Assembly (NCBI GenBank): GCA_050250895.1
Contig: JBFWNU010000008.1
Location: forward strand, 32,001 to 96,000
Direction: 5' to 3'
From: Vulcanimicrobiota bacterium
GTDB taxonomy: Bacteria > Vulcanimicrobiota > Xenobia > Xenobiales > JADMJV01
Length of the DNA stretch: 64,000 nucleotides
Part shown: positions 25,920 to 36,600 of the stretch, one piece after another
How the letters are laid out: each line of letters begins with the position of its first letter
How positions within the stretch are numbered: the first letter of the stretch is position 1
Notes under the pieces: generated by a model
Database searches by the model: none
Seen by the model: only the letters and a program-made list of their open reading frames with translations
What the model was told of the DNA's origin: nothing
Translations under genes and position numbers: made by a program

Positions 25920-28667
25920 GTGCCCAAGGCCCTGGTTGTCACCGAAAAGCCAAGCGTGGCTCGAGATATAGCGTCCGCACTGCGCGGCTTTGAAGACGAG
26001 AAAGAGTTCTTTGAGAACGACATGTTCGTGGTTACCTGGGCGGTGGGTCACCTGCTGGAGTTTCTCGAACCCGAAGCCATCGATCCTAAGTACAAGCGAT
26101 GGATGCTCGAGGACTTGCCCATTATCCCGAGCCCGTTTTCGCTTCAGCCCAAGTCGGGTCAGAGCGAGCGTCTCAAAGTGCTCAAGAAGCTCTACAAGCG
26201 CGACGATGTCACTACCATTATCAACGCCTGCGACGCCGGTCGTGAAGGTGAGCTGATCTTCCGCGAGATCGTCGACTATCTCCACTCTTTCAAAAACTCG
26301 CCCAGTCCCAAACCGATGAAACGCCTGTGGCTGCAATCGATGACCAGCGAAGCCATCCGCGATGGCTTTTCTAGCTTGCGCCCCGGCGAAGAGTTCGACG
26401 GCCTGGGCTACGCGGCCCAGTGTCGCTCCGAGGCCGACTGGCTGATCGGGATCAACGCCACTCGTGCCCTGACCCGGCGCATGAAGACGCGCACCGAGAA
26501 GACGGCCTGGTCGGCCGGTCGAGTGCAGACGCCGACGCTGGCTTTGCTGGTCGACCGAGAACTCGAGAGTCTGGCCCACCGGCCCGAGCCGTTCTGGCGC
26601 ATCAAAGCGAATTTTCGCGCGGGCGGCCACAGCTACGAGGGCACCTGGTATGATCCCGACTTCGTGCCCGATCCCGACCTGCCCCGAAAAGACGACTGGA
26701 TCACCGAGCAGGCGGTGCTCGACCGCATCCTGGCCGAGATCACGGGCAAACCTGGTCACGCTCAAGAAACTCGCAAGCTGCACAAAGAGAGCGCTCGTCC
26801 GCTTTTTGACCTGACCAGTCTACAGCGCGAGGCCAACCGGCGCTTCGGTTTTTCGGCTCGTCAGACCCTGCAGGCAGCTCAGCGGCTCTATGAGACTCAT
26901 AAAGCGCTCACTTATCCCAGAACCGACTCGAAGTGCCTGCCCAACGACTATAAAAACCATGTGCGCGAGGTGATCGACGGCTTTGCCTCGGGCACCGAGT
27001 TTGGCGGCGCGGCGCGCTACTTGCAGCAGAAGGGCCTGCAAAATCAGAGCAAGGTCTTCGATGATTCGCAGGTCAGCGACCACTTCGCCATCATCCCTAC
27101 CAAAGGGCGCGTGCCTGCAGGCCTGTCCGGAGCTGACGCCAAGATTTACGATTTGGTGACGCGACGCTTCCTGGCGGCCTTCTACCCGCCGGCCGAGTGG
27201 ACTCGAGTCGAGCGCACCACCGTGATTGAAGGTCATCATTTCCGTAGCCGAGCTCGCTTTCTGACCACCCCCGGCTGGTATGAGGTGTGGGGTAAGGAAG
27301 AAGGAGAAGGCAAATATTTGCCTCCCTTGCAGGCTCTCGACAAGGCTGCCAAGGAGTTGGCCGAGGGTCTGGCGGGCAAGGCCGTGGCTCCCAGCCAGGC
27401 TCGGCCCGGCTGGGCTGCGGTGCGTTGCGATAAGGCCGACTCGGAGTCTGACGAGACCCGCCCGCCGGCCCGCTATAGCGAGGCCCGCTTGTTGTCGCTG
27501 ATGGAGCATGCCGGTAAGCAGGTCGAAGACGAAGAGATCACCGAGGTGCTTAAAGGGAAGGGCCTGGGCACTCCGGCTACCCGCGCCGACATCATCGAGA
27601 ACCTGGTCTCGAAGCAGTATGCTCGCCGCGCCGAGAAGACCCTGAGGGCTACCCCCAAGGGTATCTTGCTCATCGATCTGTTGCGCCGCATCAAGGCCGA
27701 GCGATTGGCTTCTCCGCGCCTGACCGGCGAACTCGAGTTGCATCTGGCCGAGGTCGAAAGCGGCCAGCGCAGTCGCGACGACTTTATGGCCGAGGTGGTG
27801 GAGTACACCGAAGAGATCGTGCGCCTGGCCAAGACCTTTCAGTATGACGAACTCTATCTCAAGGACCCGCCGCTGGGCGATTGTCCCATCGCCAAGCACC
27901 TGAAGGTGGTCGAGCGGTCTCGCTTTTACTGCTCGGAAGACAATACCGGCAAGAACGGTCAGGGTGTGGGCTTTATCATCTGGAAAGAAAAGAACGGGCG
28001 CTACATCGACCGAACCACCATGGTCGAGCTGTTGACCCAGGGCGAGACTCCATTGCTGGAGGGTTTTCTCACCAGCCGCGGCCAGGGTTACAAGGGCAAG
28101 CTGCGCCTCGACAAAGAGGGCAATCTCGAACTGATCTCCGAAGACGGAAAGGTGGCGGGAGGCCCGGTGGCCGTGGTCGAGATTCCCGACGACGCTACCC
28201 CGCTGGTGGATTGTCCCTTCAACTCGGCGTGCAACATCTATCAGACCGAAGTGGCCTACCAGTGTCGCTGCGACGAGACTTGCAAGGCGACCCACAAGAA
28301 GCTCAAAAGCGTGGCGATCTTGCCGCGCGTGGTCTGCCACCGCGAAATCAGCCCGGAAGAGGCGGTGCAGTTCTTTGCCGAAGGCAAGACCGACGAGTGG
28401 GATAACTTCATTTCCCGTTACGGTCGCCCGTTTAAAGCCAAGCTCTTCCTGAAAGACAACGGCAAGCACGGCTTCGAGTTTGCGCCTCGTGCTCCCAAGA
28501 AGAAGAAGGAGAAAGCCCCCGACTCGGACCAGGGGACCAAGACGAAGGCCAAGTCCAAGAAGGGCAAGTCCACAGCCAACTCCAAGACCAAGTCCAAGGC
28601 CAAAACGAAGGCCAAAGCGAAGACCAGGGCCAAGACGAAAGCTAAGGCCAAAGCAAAGAAAGAATAA
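25920..28667 (+). CDS. topB: Type IA DNA topoisomerase (topo III-like) with Lys-rich tail
   Basis: TEKPSVA; NACDAGREGELIF; SAGRVQTPTL; TYPRTD; GLGTPATRA; C-terminal F(I/L)xRxGxxFKAKL repeats. Confidence 0.9.
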   Translation: MPKALVVTEKPSVARDIASALRGFEDEKEFFENDMFVVTWAVGHLLEFLEPEAIDPKYKRWMLEDLPIIPSPFSLQPKSGQSERLKVLKKLYKRDDVTTIINACDAGREGELIFREIVDYLHSFKNSPSPKPMKRLWLQSMTSEAIRDGFSSLRPGEEFDGLGYAAQCRSEADWLIGINATRALTRRMKTRTEKTAWSAGRVQTPTLALLVDRELESLAHRPEPFWRIKANFRAGGHSYEGTWYDPDFVPDPDLPRKDDWITEQAVLDRILAEITGKPGHAQETRKLHKESARPLFDLTSLQREANRRFGFSARQTLQAAQRLYETHKALTYPRTDSKCLPNDYKNHVREVIDGFASGTEFGGAARYLQQKGLQNQSKVFDDSQVSDHFAIIPTKGRVPAGLSGADAKIYDLVTRRFLAAFYPPAEWTRVERTTVIEGHHFRSRARFLTTPGWYEVWGKEEGEGKYLPPLQALDKAAKELAEGLAGKAVAPSQARPGWAAVRCDKADSESDETRPPARYSEARLLSLMEHAGKQVEDEEITEVLKGKGLGTPATRADIIENLVSKQYARRAEKTLRATPKGILLIDLLRRIKAERLASPRLTGELELHLAEVESGQRSRDDFMAEVVEYTEEIVRLAKTFQYDELYLKDPPLGDCPIAKHLKVVERSRFYCSEDNTGKNGQGVGFIIWKEKNGRYIDRTTMVELLTQGETPLLEGFLTSRGQGYKGKLRLDKEGNLELISEDGKVAGGPVAVVEIPDDATPLVDCPFNSACNIYQTEVAYQCRCDETCKATHKKLKSVAILPRVVCHREISPEEAVQFFAEGKTDEWDNFISRYGRPFKAKLFLKDNGKHGFEFAPRAPKKKKEKAPDSDQGTKTKAKSKKGKSTANSKTKSKAKTKAKAKTRAKTKAKAKAKKE

Positions 28668-28670
28668 ATC

Positions 28671-30629
28671 GTGGCCGCTTCTGCCTGGTGGAAGATCCAC
28701 TGCACCCCCGAAGAGACCCAGGAGACCCTCGCGCGCATCCGAGACAATGCGAGCCCGGGCCCCACCTACTTCGTGCTGCTCATTCTCTCGACGTTGATCG
28801 CGGCCTACGGACTGGTCTCGAACTCGACCGCGACCGTGATCGGAGCGATGATCGTGGCTCCTTTGATGGGACCGATTCTGGGACTCGGTCTGGCGGTGGT
28901 GCGTAAAGACTCCGAAACGTTCTATAGCTCGCTGTTTGCCGAGGTGGTCGGGGTCGCGTTGGTGATCCTGACCGGAATGCTGGTGGCGTTCGTGGTCTCG
29001 CCTCACAGCATCGACTTCGCCCTGGGAGAGATCGTGGGCCGAACCCGGCCAACTCTGTATGACCTGGCCATAGGTTTTGCGGCCGGATTGGCCGGGGCCT
29101 ACTGTACGGTCCATCCCAGGCTGCAGGCGTCGGTGGCTGGCGTGGCCATCGCCGTGGCTCTGGTGCCTCCCTTAACCGTGACCGGTCTGACCATGGCCGG
29201 AGCCATTGCCGGCGAGACCCAGTTCGACGCTCCGCTGGGCTCGTTTATGCTGTTTTTCGCCAATTTCCTCACCATTGAACTGGCTTCGATCATCGTCTTT
29301 TTAATGGCCGGTATGGGCGAACTCGACGCGGTGTTCAGCCGCCAGGGCCTGGGCCGTTCGTTGATCATCAAGTTGATGTTGCTGGTAGGGACCGGCTGGT
29401 TTCTCACCAATCAGTTACACAATCTGGTCCGCGAACGCATCGCTGGCGAAGAGTCAAGGCGCGTTCTCAGTGCCTATCTGGGCGGAGTCAAAGGGGCCCG
29501 CCTCGAGAGTTCTAGCGTGCAACTCTCTAAGCAGGGCACCTCGGTCTATGCGGTGGTCACCTCTCGGCAAGAGATTCGGCCCACGCAGGTGGCCGACATT
29601 GAAAAGCTGCTCGACGAGGCCCTGTCCGCAGACTATCGGCCCGTGACCCTGAGCGTTCGCTCGATCAGCTCTACCTGGGCTTCGGCTACGGAATTTCTGG
29701 ATGAACCGCCGAGGGCCAAGCCCGACCCGGAGGCGCTGCGGCGCCAAGCTTTCGACCGTGTGTTTCGCCAGGCCCTCTCGAACCAGCCGATCGAGCTCGA
29801 ATCGTTTCGCTTGCTCCCGAATACGGAGGGGGCGCGCCAGGCCCTGGTGACGGTGATTGCTCCCTATGCCATGAGCCCGCCCCTGGTTCGTGAACTAGAA
29901 ACCCGGGTCAATGACGCCGTGGCCAAGGAGTCGGTTCTGGCCGGGCCTCCGGTGAAACTGACGGTCCGGAGCGTGGTCATCCGCTCGGCCAATGCCGACC
30001 AGGACGTTCCTTACTCGGCTCCCGACACCCGCTCGCAAGTCGAAAAGGAGCGGCTGGCGTTCGAGGCTTCGGTGCGCGAGAAACTCAGCGGACTGGTGGC
30101 AAGTCAGGGCGGCAGCAGCTTGCTGGAAGCCCACCTGAATCAAGATAAAGAGGCCTCCACCGAGGCTTTGCAGGTCGAGACGGTGAGGGTGGTTCTGCAG
30201 GCTCCCAAACTTTTGGCCCCCGACCTGGTGACCCACTGGGAAAAGGAGTTGAGTGACACCTTTTCAGACGACACGGTCAAGCGCGAATTTCAGCTCGAGA
30301 TCGAGCAACGACTGGGAGCCACGATCGGTCGCTCTTTGTTGGAGCAGGAGGCCCGTAAAGCGGCCCAGGTGCGCCGCGTCGAGGCCAGCCTCGCCAAGGT
30401 CGTGAGCGCCGCCAAAGGGTGGGTCGACGGCCGGCCCGTGGTCTCTACCCTGGCTCCGCCTAAGCCCGGTGCTAAGCCGATTTTGGCCGTGGGGGCGGTA
30501 GTGGTGACGGTCACGCCGCTCAAGCCCGAAGTGGTGAAAAAGTGGGAGAAAAGCCTGCAACAAGACGAGCCCGATTACGTCGTGAAATTGGCCGTCGACA
30601 ACCGCCTCGGTCGCCTGCTCCGGCCTTAG
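28671..30629 (+). CDS. DUF389/TIGR00341 family membrane protein with long C-terminal extension
   Basis: NSTATVIGAMIVAPLMGPI; RTRPT; GVAIAVALVPPL. Confidence 0.88.
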   Translation: MAASAWWKIHCTPEETQETLARIRDNASPGPTYFVLLILSTLIAAYGLVSNSTATVIGAMIVAPLMGPILGLGLAVVRKDSETFYSSLFAEVVGVALVILTGMLVAFVVSPHSIDFALGEIVGRTRPTLYDLAIGFAAGLAGAYCTVHPRLQASVAGVAIAVALVPPLTVTGLTMAGAIAGETQFDAPLGSFMLFFANFLTIELASIIVFLMAGMGELDAVFSRQGLGRSLIIKLMLLVGTGWFLTNQLHNLVRERIAGEESRRVLSAYLGGVKGARLESSSVQLSKQGTSVYAVVTSRQEIRPTQVADIEKLLDEALSADYRPVTLSVRSISSTWASATEFLDEPPRAKPDPEALRRQAFDRVFRQALSNQPIELESFRLLPNTEGARQALVTVIAPYAMSPPLVRELETRVNDAVAKESVLAGPPVKLTVRSVVIRSANADQDVPYSAPDTRSQVEKERLAFEASVREKLSGLVASQGGSSLLEAHLNQDKEASTEALQVETVRVVLQAPKLLAPDLVTHWEKELSDTFSDDTVKREFQLEIEQRLGATIGRSLLEQEARKAAQVRRVEASLAKVVSAAKGWVDGRPVVSTLAPPKPGAKPILAVGAVVVTVTPLKPEVVKKWEKSLQQDEPDYVVKLAVDNRLGRLLRP

Positions 30630-30652
30630 GGCCTGTCAGGAACTAACTCCCC

Positions 30653-33600
30653 TTAGCGGTTGAAGCGCTCTTCCAGGTCTTTGAGGGCCTGGCGTAGCTT
30701 GCCCTCGCCGTCTTTGGGCTTATCGCTCGTCGGTTCGGGCAGGCTCAAGCGCTTCTGCGAGTCGGACAGTTGACCGCTAAGCCCCTCGACCTCGGTCTGC
30801 AGCTCTTTGATCTCGCCCATCTTGACCGACAGCTGATTCTGCAACTGGGAGTTGCGTTGACCCAGCTCGGTGTGGGTGCGCTCGAGCTGCTTGGACAATT
30901 CTTCGATGCGGCCCTCGCGGGCTGAAATGACCAGCTTCTGGCGGGCCGAGACCTCAGTGAGCTTGGTGATCTCGATCCGAAGTCGGTCGACTTCGCCATT
31001 GTTGAGTTCATCTTCAAGGTCTCGGATACGCTCGAGTTTGGCCTTGATGGTCTCATCGAGTTCGCTGTTGCGCCGACGGGCCGCCTCGAGCTTTGCCTCG
31101 GCCTGCAAAAGTTTGCCCTCTAACTCGCCAATGAAATGTTCCTTGTCGATCAGGTTGCGCCGCATGTCCCGCATGCGCATCTCCCAGTCTTCGAGCCGGG
31201 TCCGCGCCATCTCTAGCTCGCTCTCGGTGTTATTGAGCTGGCGCCGGTATTCCTGAGACTGCTGGTCGGCGGTTTCGAGACGAGAGTTATAGCTTTCGAG
31301 TTCGGTCTGGGCCGACTGCAGGTCGCTCTTGAGCGAGAGGACCTGGCGCTCTTTTTCGGCGATACGAGCGTTGAGTTCGGCCACCGCCTGGCGCGTGCCC
31401 TCGAGTTGGCCCAGGGCCGAAGAGGTGTTGATATTGGCGTCGCGCAACTGGGCCTCGTAGCCCTGGAGTTCTTTCTCGCGCGTCGACAGAGCTTCTTCCA
31501 GGCGAAGCACCTCGGCCTGCGCCTCAGAGAGCTGGGCGCGAGCTCGAGTCAGCTCTTGCTGCAGCGAGACGGCGTCGAGCCCAAACTCGCCCGACGGCAT
31601 CAGGCCCCGGGTTTCTTCTTGCAGGCCCTCGAGTTCGGCTACGCGTGACTGCAGTGTCTCCAACTCTTCGAGGAGCTCGGCGTTTTCGCTCGCCTTGTCC
31701 TCCAGTTCGCTCAGGCGGTGGTCGCGCGTGGAAAGCTCTTTGAGCAATTCGTTGATCCGTTGTCGAGAACTTTCGGTTTGCGTCTTGAGCTGCTCGATCT
31801 GTTCGAGCAGACGATCTCGCTCGGCCGCGTCGGAGCCGGGTCGCTCGGTGGCCAGGGTCAGTTGCCATTCGAGTTCGGCCAGCCGAGTGCGCGCCTTTTG
31901 CGCAGCCGCCTGGGCTTCGTCGTGGCGGCCTCTCAGCTCGTCGAGTTGGCCGCGAGTCTTGACCAATTCTTCTTGAGTGGAGTGAAGTCGTTCGGTAGCC
32001 TGGCCCAGCAGCGCCTTGAAGACGGCGCCTTCTTGCTGGGCATTGGCGACCGGTTCGAGACTGGCCAGGCGGTTTTCGGCTGCGGCCAGGCGGGACTCGC
32101 GGTCGGCCAGGTCGTCGCAAGCATCCGTGAGCTGGCTGCTGACCAGGGCCAGTTCTTCTTCCAACTCAGAGATCTGGGCGTTCTTGCCCTCGATCGACAG
32201 CTTGAGCTTCTCGAGTTCGGCGGGATCGGGGCCAGGGGTCGTTGCGCTTGCTTGTTCGAGGCGCCCCCGCAGCGCGGCTAGAGCGGCCTCGGTTTGGGAC
32301 AGCCTCTGGGTCATCTCGTCGCGTTCTTCACGCAGCTTGCGGACCTGATTCTCGGCCATTTCGAGTTCTTGATCACGACTGTCGAGACGAGCCTGCAGTT
32401 CTTTGTCTTGGAGCCCTCGTTGGAATTTCTGGGCCCGCAACTGGTCCAGTTCTTTGCCCATCTGCTGCAGCTCTTCGTGGGTCCGTTGATGGCTGGCCAG
32501 ACGGGCTTCGACCTCGGTCAGGCGGGTCTCGCGCTCGGCCAACATGGCTCGGACCTGCTCGAGCTCCTGGCTGTCTGAGCGCGCCTGAGTGAGCTCGCTC
32601 TCGAGCTCGGCCATTCGTTGGCGCAACTCGCCCTCGGAGGCCACCTGTTGCTCGAGCGCGGCAAATCGCGCCTGTTTGGCCTGATAGGCTCGTTTGAGCT
32701 TCTCGACCGCATCGTTGCGAACCAGAATCTGGGCCTTGAGCTTTTCGATGTGTTCGGCGGCCTGGCTGTTGCCCTGGCTGCGCGCCGCGGCCAGTTCTTG
32801 CTCGAGCACCTGGCTGTGCGCCTGGGCGGCCTCGAGCTGGCCACGCATCGCTTCGAGCTGAGCAGAACTGTCTTTGAGTCGGGCTTCGAGAGCCGGCAGC
32901 AGCGCCAGTTGGGCGCGCAGCTCTTCCAGTTCATGAAGGCTGCCCTGAGCCTGGTCGAGTTGCTGGCGCAGGTTCTCTGCCTCGAACTCGAGGGCGGTGA
33001 GTTCGACGACCCGAGCCTTGAGCTCTTCTGCCTCTTCGTTGGCCAGCGCGTGTTGGCGTTTGGCTTCGAGTAGCTGTTCCTCGAAAGAGCGCGCCTCTTG
33101 TTGGGCCTCTTCCAGGCTCTGGCGAAGGCCGGCCGCGGCCTCGGTGTCTTCGTGCTCGAGGTCGCGATAGCGAACTTTGAGCATTTCGAGTTCGCGGCTC
33201 AGGCTGCGAGCCTGGTTTTCAGCTCGATTGCGATTGTCGAGCGCTTCGGACAACTGAGCCGACAGGTCGGCCGAGCGAGACTGTTCGCCCGAGAGAGCCT
33301 CTTCGGCTTCTTGCAATCGGCTGCGAGCCTGGGCCAGATCCTGTTCCAGGAAAACGACCTGTTTCTCAGCTCGGACCAGGCGGGTTTGGGCGGCTTCGAG
33401 TTCTTGCTCGACCTGCTCGCGCCGCTCGGCCTCGGCCACCTTTTGCTGCTCGAGTTCGCCTTCGCGGCGAGTCAGGGCGTGGGCCAGTTCTTCGATCTGC
33501 TGACGCAGTTCTGCTTCGCGCTGGTTCCAGCTCTCGCGCTCGAGCTGGAATTGCTGGTCTTTCTGCCCCAGCATGTCGGCCAGTTTTTTTAACTTGTGGG

Positions 33601-36600
33601 CTCGGGCGTCTAGCTCCTGCGCGGCCAGATCTAGCTTGCCGCGGGCCTGTTCAAAGCGCGCCCGCATGATGTCGAGGTTCGAGGTGAGCGTTTCGACCTG
33701 GGTCCTGGCTGCATCCAGCGCCTGACCGGAGGCCTGCAACTCTTCTTCGCGGTCATCGAGCATCTTTCGCCGGCGCGAAAGCTCGTCTTCCAGTTCGGCG
33801 GCCCGGGTCTCGGCCGCCTCGAAATCGGCCAGGGCATGACCGAGCCGTTGACCCAATTCCTGGGCCTGTTGACGCGAAACCTCAAGCTGGGATTGATGTT
33901 GGGCCAGATCGGTCAGGGTTTCTTCAAGGTGAGCTTCGGCCTGTTCCAGGCGTTGGCGAGTCTCGGTCAGTTCTTCTTGCGTGCGGTCGGCCCGCTCGGT
34001 TTCGTTTTGCAGCGAATCGGCCAGGCTGGCCACTTCGGAGTGGGCTAGTTCGAGCTCAGAGCCGAGATGGTCCACATGGGCGTCGAGTTCAGCGACCCGG
34101 GTGCTGGCCTCAGCCAGGAGGCGCGCGTTCTCGGTTAGTTGTTCGGCCTGGGTGGCCACCTGGTTGCGGCGCTCGAAGAGTTCGCTCTGCAGCTCGTCGA
34201 TTTGAGTGTCGGAGTCTTCCAGGCCGGAGTAGGCTTCCGCCAGGTTCCACTCCAGCTCGACCACCATCTCTTCGCGCTCGTTGAGCTGGTCGCGCAGGTC
34301 GCCAAGGGCCGCCTCGGAGGCCGCAAAGCGCTTTTCTAGATCGCTGAGATTCTGGGAGCGAAGGGTTTCTTTCTTTTGCGACTCGGCCAGTCGGGCCTCG
34401 AGCTCCTCACCGCGGGCGGTCTGGACCACCAGCATCTCGTCGAGCTCGAGAGCCAGTTCCTCACGCTCTTTGAGTGAGGCGTGGGCCTCTCGAAGAGCCT
34501 CTTGCTGCTCACGCAGTTTGGCGTCGCGCGCTTTGATAGCGGCGGCCATGGCACTGGCCTTCTCCTTGAGGGTGGTCAGGCTCTTGGAGGCTTTGATGAG
34601 TTTCTGCTCGAGAGCCTCGGCCAGGGCCTGGCGAGCCTTGAGTTCGGTCTCGAGGGTCTGGCGTTGGCTGAGCAGTTCTTCCAGGCGCTGCTCGCGCTGG
34701 CTGGCCGACTTGCCCATCTGCTCGAGTTCGTGGTCCCGGCGGGCCAGCTCTTGCTCGAGCTGGTCGACGCGTCCCTGGCCTTCGGCCAATTGGACTTCGA
34801 GCACCTCTACCTGGCTCAGATGCTGGGTCAATTCTTCGCGAGCCTGTTCGAGTTCTTGCCTGGTGGCGTTGAGTTCGGCCTCACGCACGGCCAGGGAACG
34901 GCGGGATTGTTCAAGCTGAGCCTCATGGTCGTCGCCGCTCGAGCGGGCCCGTTCCAGTTCGTCTTGCAACTCTTCTAGCAGCTTGTCGCGATCGCTGAGG
35001 CTCAGGTCGAGCTCTTCGACCCGAGCGGTCAGCTGCTCGACCTCGGTCTGGCTCGACTCGAGCTGATTACGCAGAGCTTCACCCTGATCGTTCTCTCCCT
35101 CGAGGGCGACCCGCAGGTCATCACAAGTCGTCTGCAGCCGTTCGAGCTCGGTCTTGAGCTGGTCGATGCGGCGGCTCGCGTTGGCCGCGGCGTCCTCAAG
35201 GTCGGCATTCTGGGCCTGGCTTTCTTCGAGCGCTTCTTCGAGGTCGCGCACCTCCAGTTCGCGCAACTCGAGCTGGGACTCGACGTCTGCCCGCGCCTGG
35301 CTTTGCTGCTCGAGTTCTGCGGTCAGCTCGTCGGCTCGAGACCGCTCGGTCTCGAGCTGGTGGGCCAGTTGGGCGCTTGCTTGCTCGACCTGTTTGCGCT
35401 GCTGTTCGCTATCGCCAAGGCGTTGCTTGAGATCGTAGACAATCTGATTGCGTTTCTCGATCTCCTGGGCCAGCTCGGTGATCTTGGCTTTAAACCCTTC
35501 GATGGCGCTGCCGGCCTGGCCCAGCTTCGAGCGCAGGCTTTCTACAGCCCGGCTGGCATCGTGATATTCGCTCTGCAGGTTCTGGCCCTGGCTGAGCTGT
35601 TGTTGCAGGCGGCTTTCGGTGTCGAGCAGCTGGCGCTCGAGTTTTTCGAGCTCTTCGGCTTGCTCGCCGCGCAATTCGATCAGCTCCTCTTCAAGGTGCG
35701 AGATGCGCTCCTGGCTTCGGCCCAGCGCCAGGCATCGGTCTTCAAACTGGGTCTGCAACTCAAGGCGCTGTTGCTGACTCTCGTCGAGCTGTCGGCGCAG
35801 TTCGTCGCCCTCGGATTCGGAATTCTCCAGTCGATGCGACAGATCGAGCAGTTCCGAGCCCAGCTCGTCGAGCAGGCGCTCTTTATCGGACAGCTCCTGC
35901 TGGGTGTCCTGACTGCGTTGACGGGCGCCGTCCAGCTCGTCTTGTAGCTCGTCTACCAGTTGCTGCAGACCCACGATGGTGGTCTGGCGTGCTTCGGCCA
36001 GCTCGAGCAGCTCGTGGTGAGCCGCGTCGGCGCTGCGCTCGGCGTCGGCCAGGCGAGTGCGATAGTGGTCCCGCTCACGGCGGGTGTCCTCAAGAGCCTC
36101 GGCCAGAGCCTGGGTCTTCTCTTTGAAAGCCGCCAGGGCGGGTCGCGCCTTCTCGAGCTTGGCAGCCAATTCGTCGAACTTCTCCTGCCGAGTGTGGCCG
36201 AGAGCGATGAGCTGGTTGCGCTGGCTATCCGCTTCGCGCAGTTTCTTCTCGAGGCCCTTGACCAGGGCGGCGGTTTGCTCGAGTTCCTGATCCTTCTTGG
36301 CCAGCTGGGTCCGCAACTCGCTTTGGCGCTCACGCTCAGAGGTCAGGCGGCGCTCCATGGAATCGAGCCTGGTTTGCTTTTCGGCCTGCAATCGCTGGCT
36401 CTTGTCCAGCTCCTGGGCCACCGCTTCGGACTGATGGATGGCCGCGTCGAGCTGCTCGCGGTAGCGTTTCTTTTCCTCCTGGTCTTCTTTGGCCCGCTGC
36501 ATGAGGCGGCTGACTTCGGTGCTGGTCTGTTCGAGTTGGGTGTCGGTCTCGCGCAGCCGTTTTTCGAGGTCGAGGTTGCGCTGGCGGGCCTCGCTGAGCG

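Noticed and set aside
24188-25993. 601-aa plus-strand ORF
   Set aside because: Antisense shadow of fbaB and the ABC ATPase, expected with high-GC codon bias.
26820-29114. 764-aa minus-strand ORF
   Set aside because: Antisense shadow of topB and the DUF389 gene with no recognisable motifs.
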